A stretch of 64,000 nt of DNA from the NCBI RefSeq assembly GCF_018977255.1, contig NW_024704743.1, forward strand, positions 73,472,001 through 73,536,000. Reading direction: 5' to 3'. The translations under genes and the position numbers were made by a program. This document shows, piece after piece, positions 62,756 through 64,000 of this stretch. Source of the DNA: Callorhinchus milii (Eukaryota). Under the pieces are notes generated by a model. That model made no database searches and was not told where the DNA came from. It saw only the letters and a program-made list of their open reading frames with translations. Numbering within the stretch: position 1 is the stretch's first letter; every line of letters begins with the position of its first letter.

Positions 62756-64000
62756 CACCAGCCTATTTTGATTTATCCTTCCAGAATACAACAACAAATT
62801 ACATTCGTATAACGCCTTTCACCCATTCTACTGTCTTACTATCACAGTATCAAGCTGCTTTTTAAATGAATCCCATGGCCTGGCTTTATCTACTCCTTCT
62901 GGCAACCAGAGGTCAATTACCCTCTGAATAAAGAAAACCTTCCTGGTGTCAGCGATTAAAAATGTTTTTAAAAATTCCCTCTATAACATCTGATATATAT
63001 CTAATGTCCCTTGTTAGATTTTTGAATTGCTGATAATTTCCACAACTTACTCCAAAGTTTATTTTTGTTTACCGACTCCTACTTTTAATGACATTGCCTG
63101 TTGCAGTTTGTTACCATTGTCCCCATTAAGGACTAGTTCCTATCCACTCATGTGTCAACTGCTGTGCCTTAGTCTCTGCATGACATTAATTGCAGAGGGG
63201 ATCTTGAGTGACTTATAAGGAGAAAGGTTCTCATCAAGATGTTAACTGTATCTTTAAGTGGAGATGGAGCTTAAAGATGTGCTGATTTATTTATGTGATG
63301 CCAATTACTTTCTGCTTGTTTTGTATACTTGCATATTCCCTTATTAAAACATGTAGATGTATTGCCTACTTTTCATCATTAAAAAAATATAATTTAAATC
63401 TGAATTTAAAAGATCTCACGACTATCGCTTGCAGATTTGTCAGTGCTAATTTTAAGAATGGAGGAGGTCAACTTAGAATCTTTTGAGAGACAGCGCTTTC
63501 TGTCATTCGCATTCAAACCTAACGAAAAGGGACCAAATATTGTAGGATTTCCTGGAAGCAGTAATAGGCTCAGAGCTATTTTATTCTATTGGAAGAAACA
63601 TAGAGTACAACAACAACAAATGACATTTATATAGCACCCTTCACGCAGGGCAGAGTCTTGGAGCAATTATCAGTGGCGGAGCCTGTCACAGAGCTGGGGG
63701 GAGGAAGGAGGTGACCGTAAGCTGCAGCATCCTACTATTGAGGTGACAAGATCTGACAGTGTGTTTCCTAGGATTATGTTGCAGAATACTTCAATGCCTA
63801 TGAGAAGGTGGGCTCAAAGCAGTTCAACAGAATGAAAGGAAGATAGGTATTGCCTGATGCATTGATCTCCCAAATTAATGTAACTGTTAAATGACTCTCC
63901 CTTCATTTAGTGCACACTGCACACAAATCTGCTCCAGTACTGTACACAAAGTACATATACCAATAAATAATCCTTACATTTGGTATTAGTATCAAGAGGA

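Noticed and set aside
35400..64000. Exons of a neighbouring gene (for example an integrin alpha expected from family synteny)
   Set aside because: No recognisable coding exon found on either strand; small exons could have been missed by eye.

Overview
Repeat-rich vertebrate genomic DNA. The CR1, L2 and Deu-type SINE content suggests a cartilaginous fish (inference). The only intact host gene is the 3' part of a GPATCH8/ZNF804-family gene on the + strand: a 131-bp exon (26655-26785) and a 3.9-kb terminal exon (30113-34022) encoding a K-rich/RS-rich protein, followed by a 3' UTR. Upstream sequence is probably its intron. It holds a near-full-length decayed CR1 LINE (esterase-type ORF1, APE-RT ORF2), an inverted truncated CR1, many L2/SINE fragments, and a repeat-free block with candidate poison exons. 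Downstream sequence is intergenic, with L2/CR1/SINE relics, a palindrome cluster and an intronless TIMM10 retrocopy. The most notable signal is that the TIMM10 retrocopy (about 51391-52515) and a separate 0.5-kb foreign segment inside the CR1 (about 18763-19580) are each fused directly 5' of a full-length copy of the same tRNA-derived SINE. This suggests that SINE tails let L2-type machinery mobilise cellular RNA. All calls were made by eye, and repeat boundaries are approximate.
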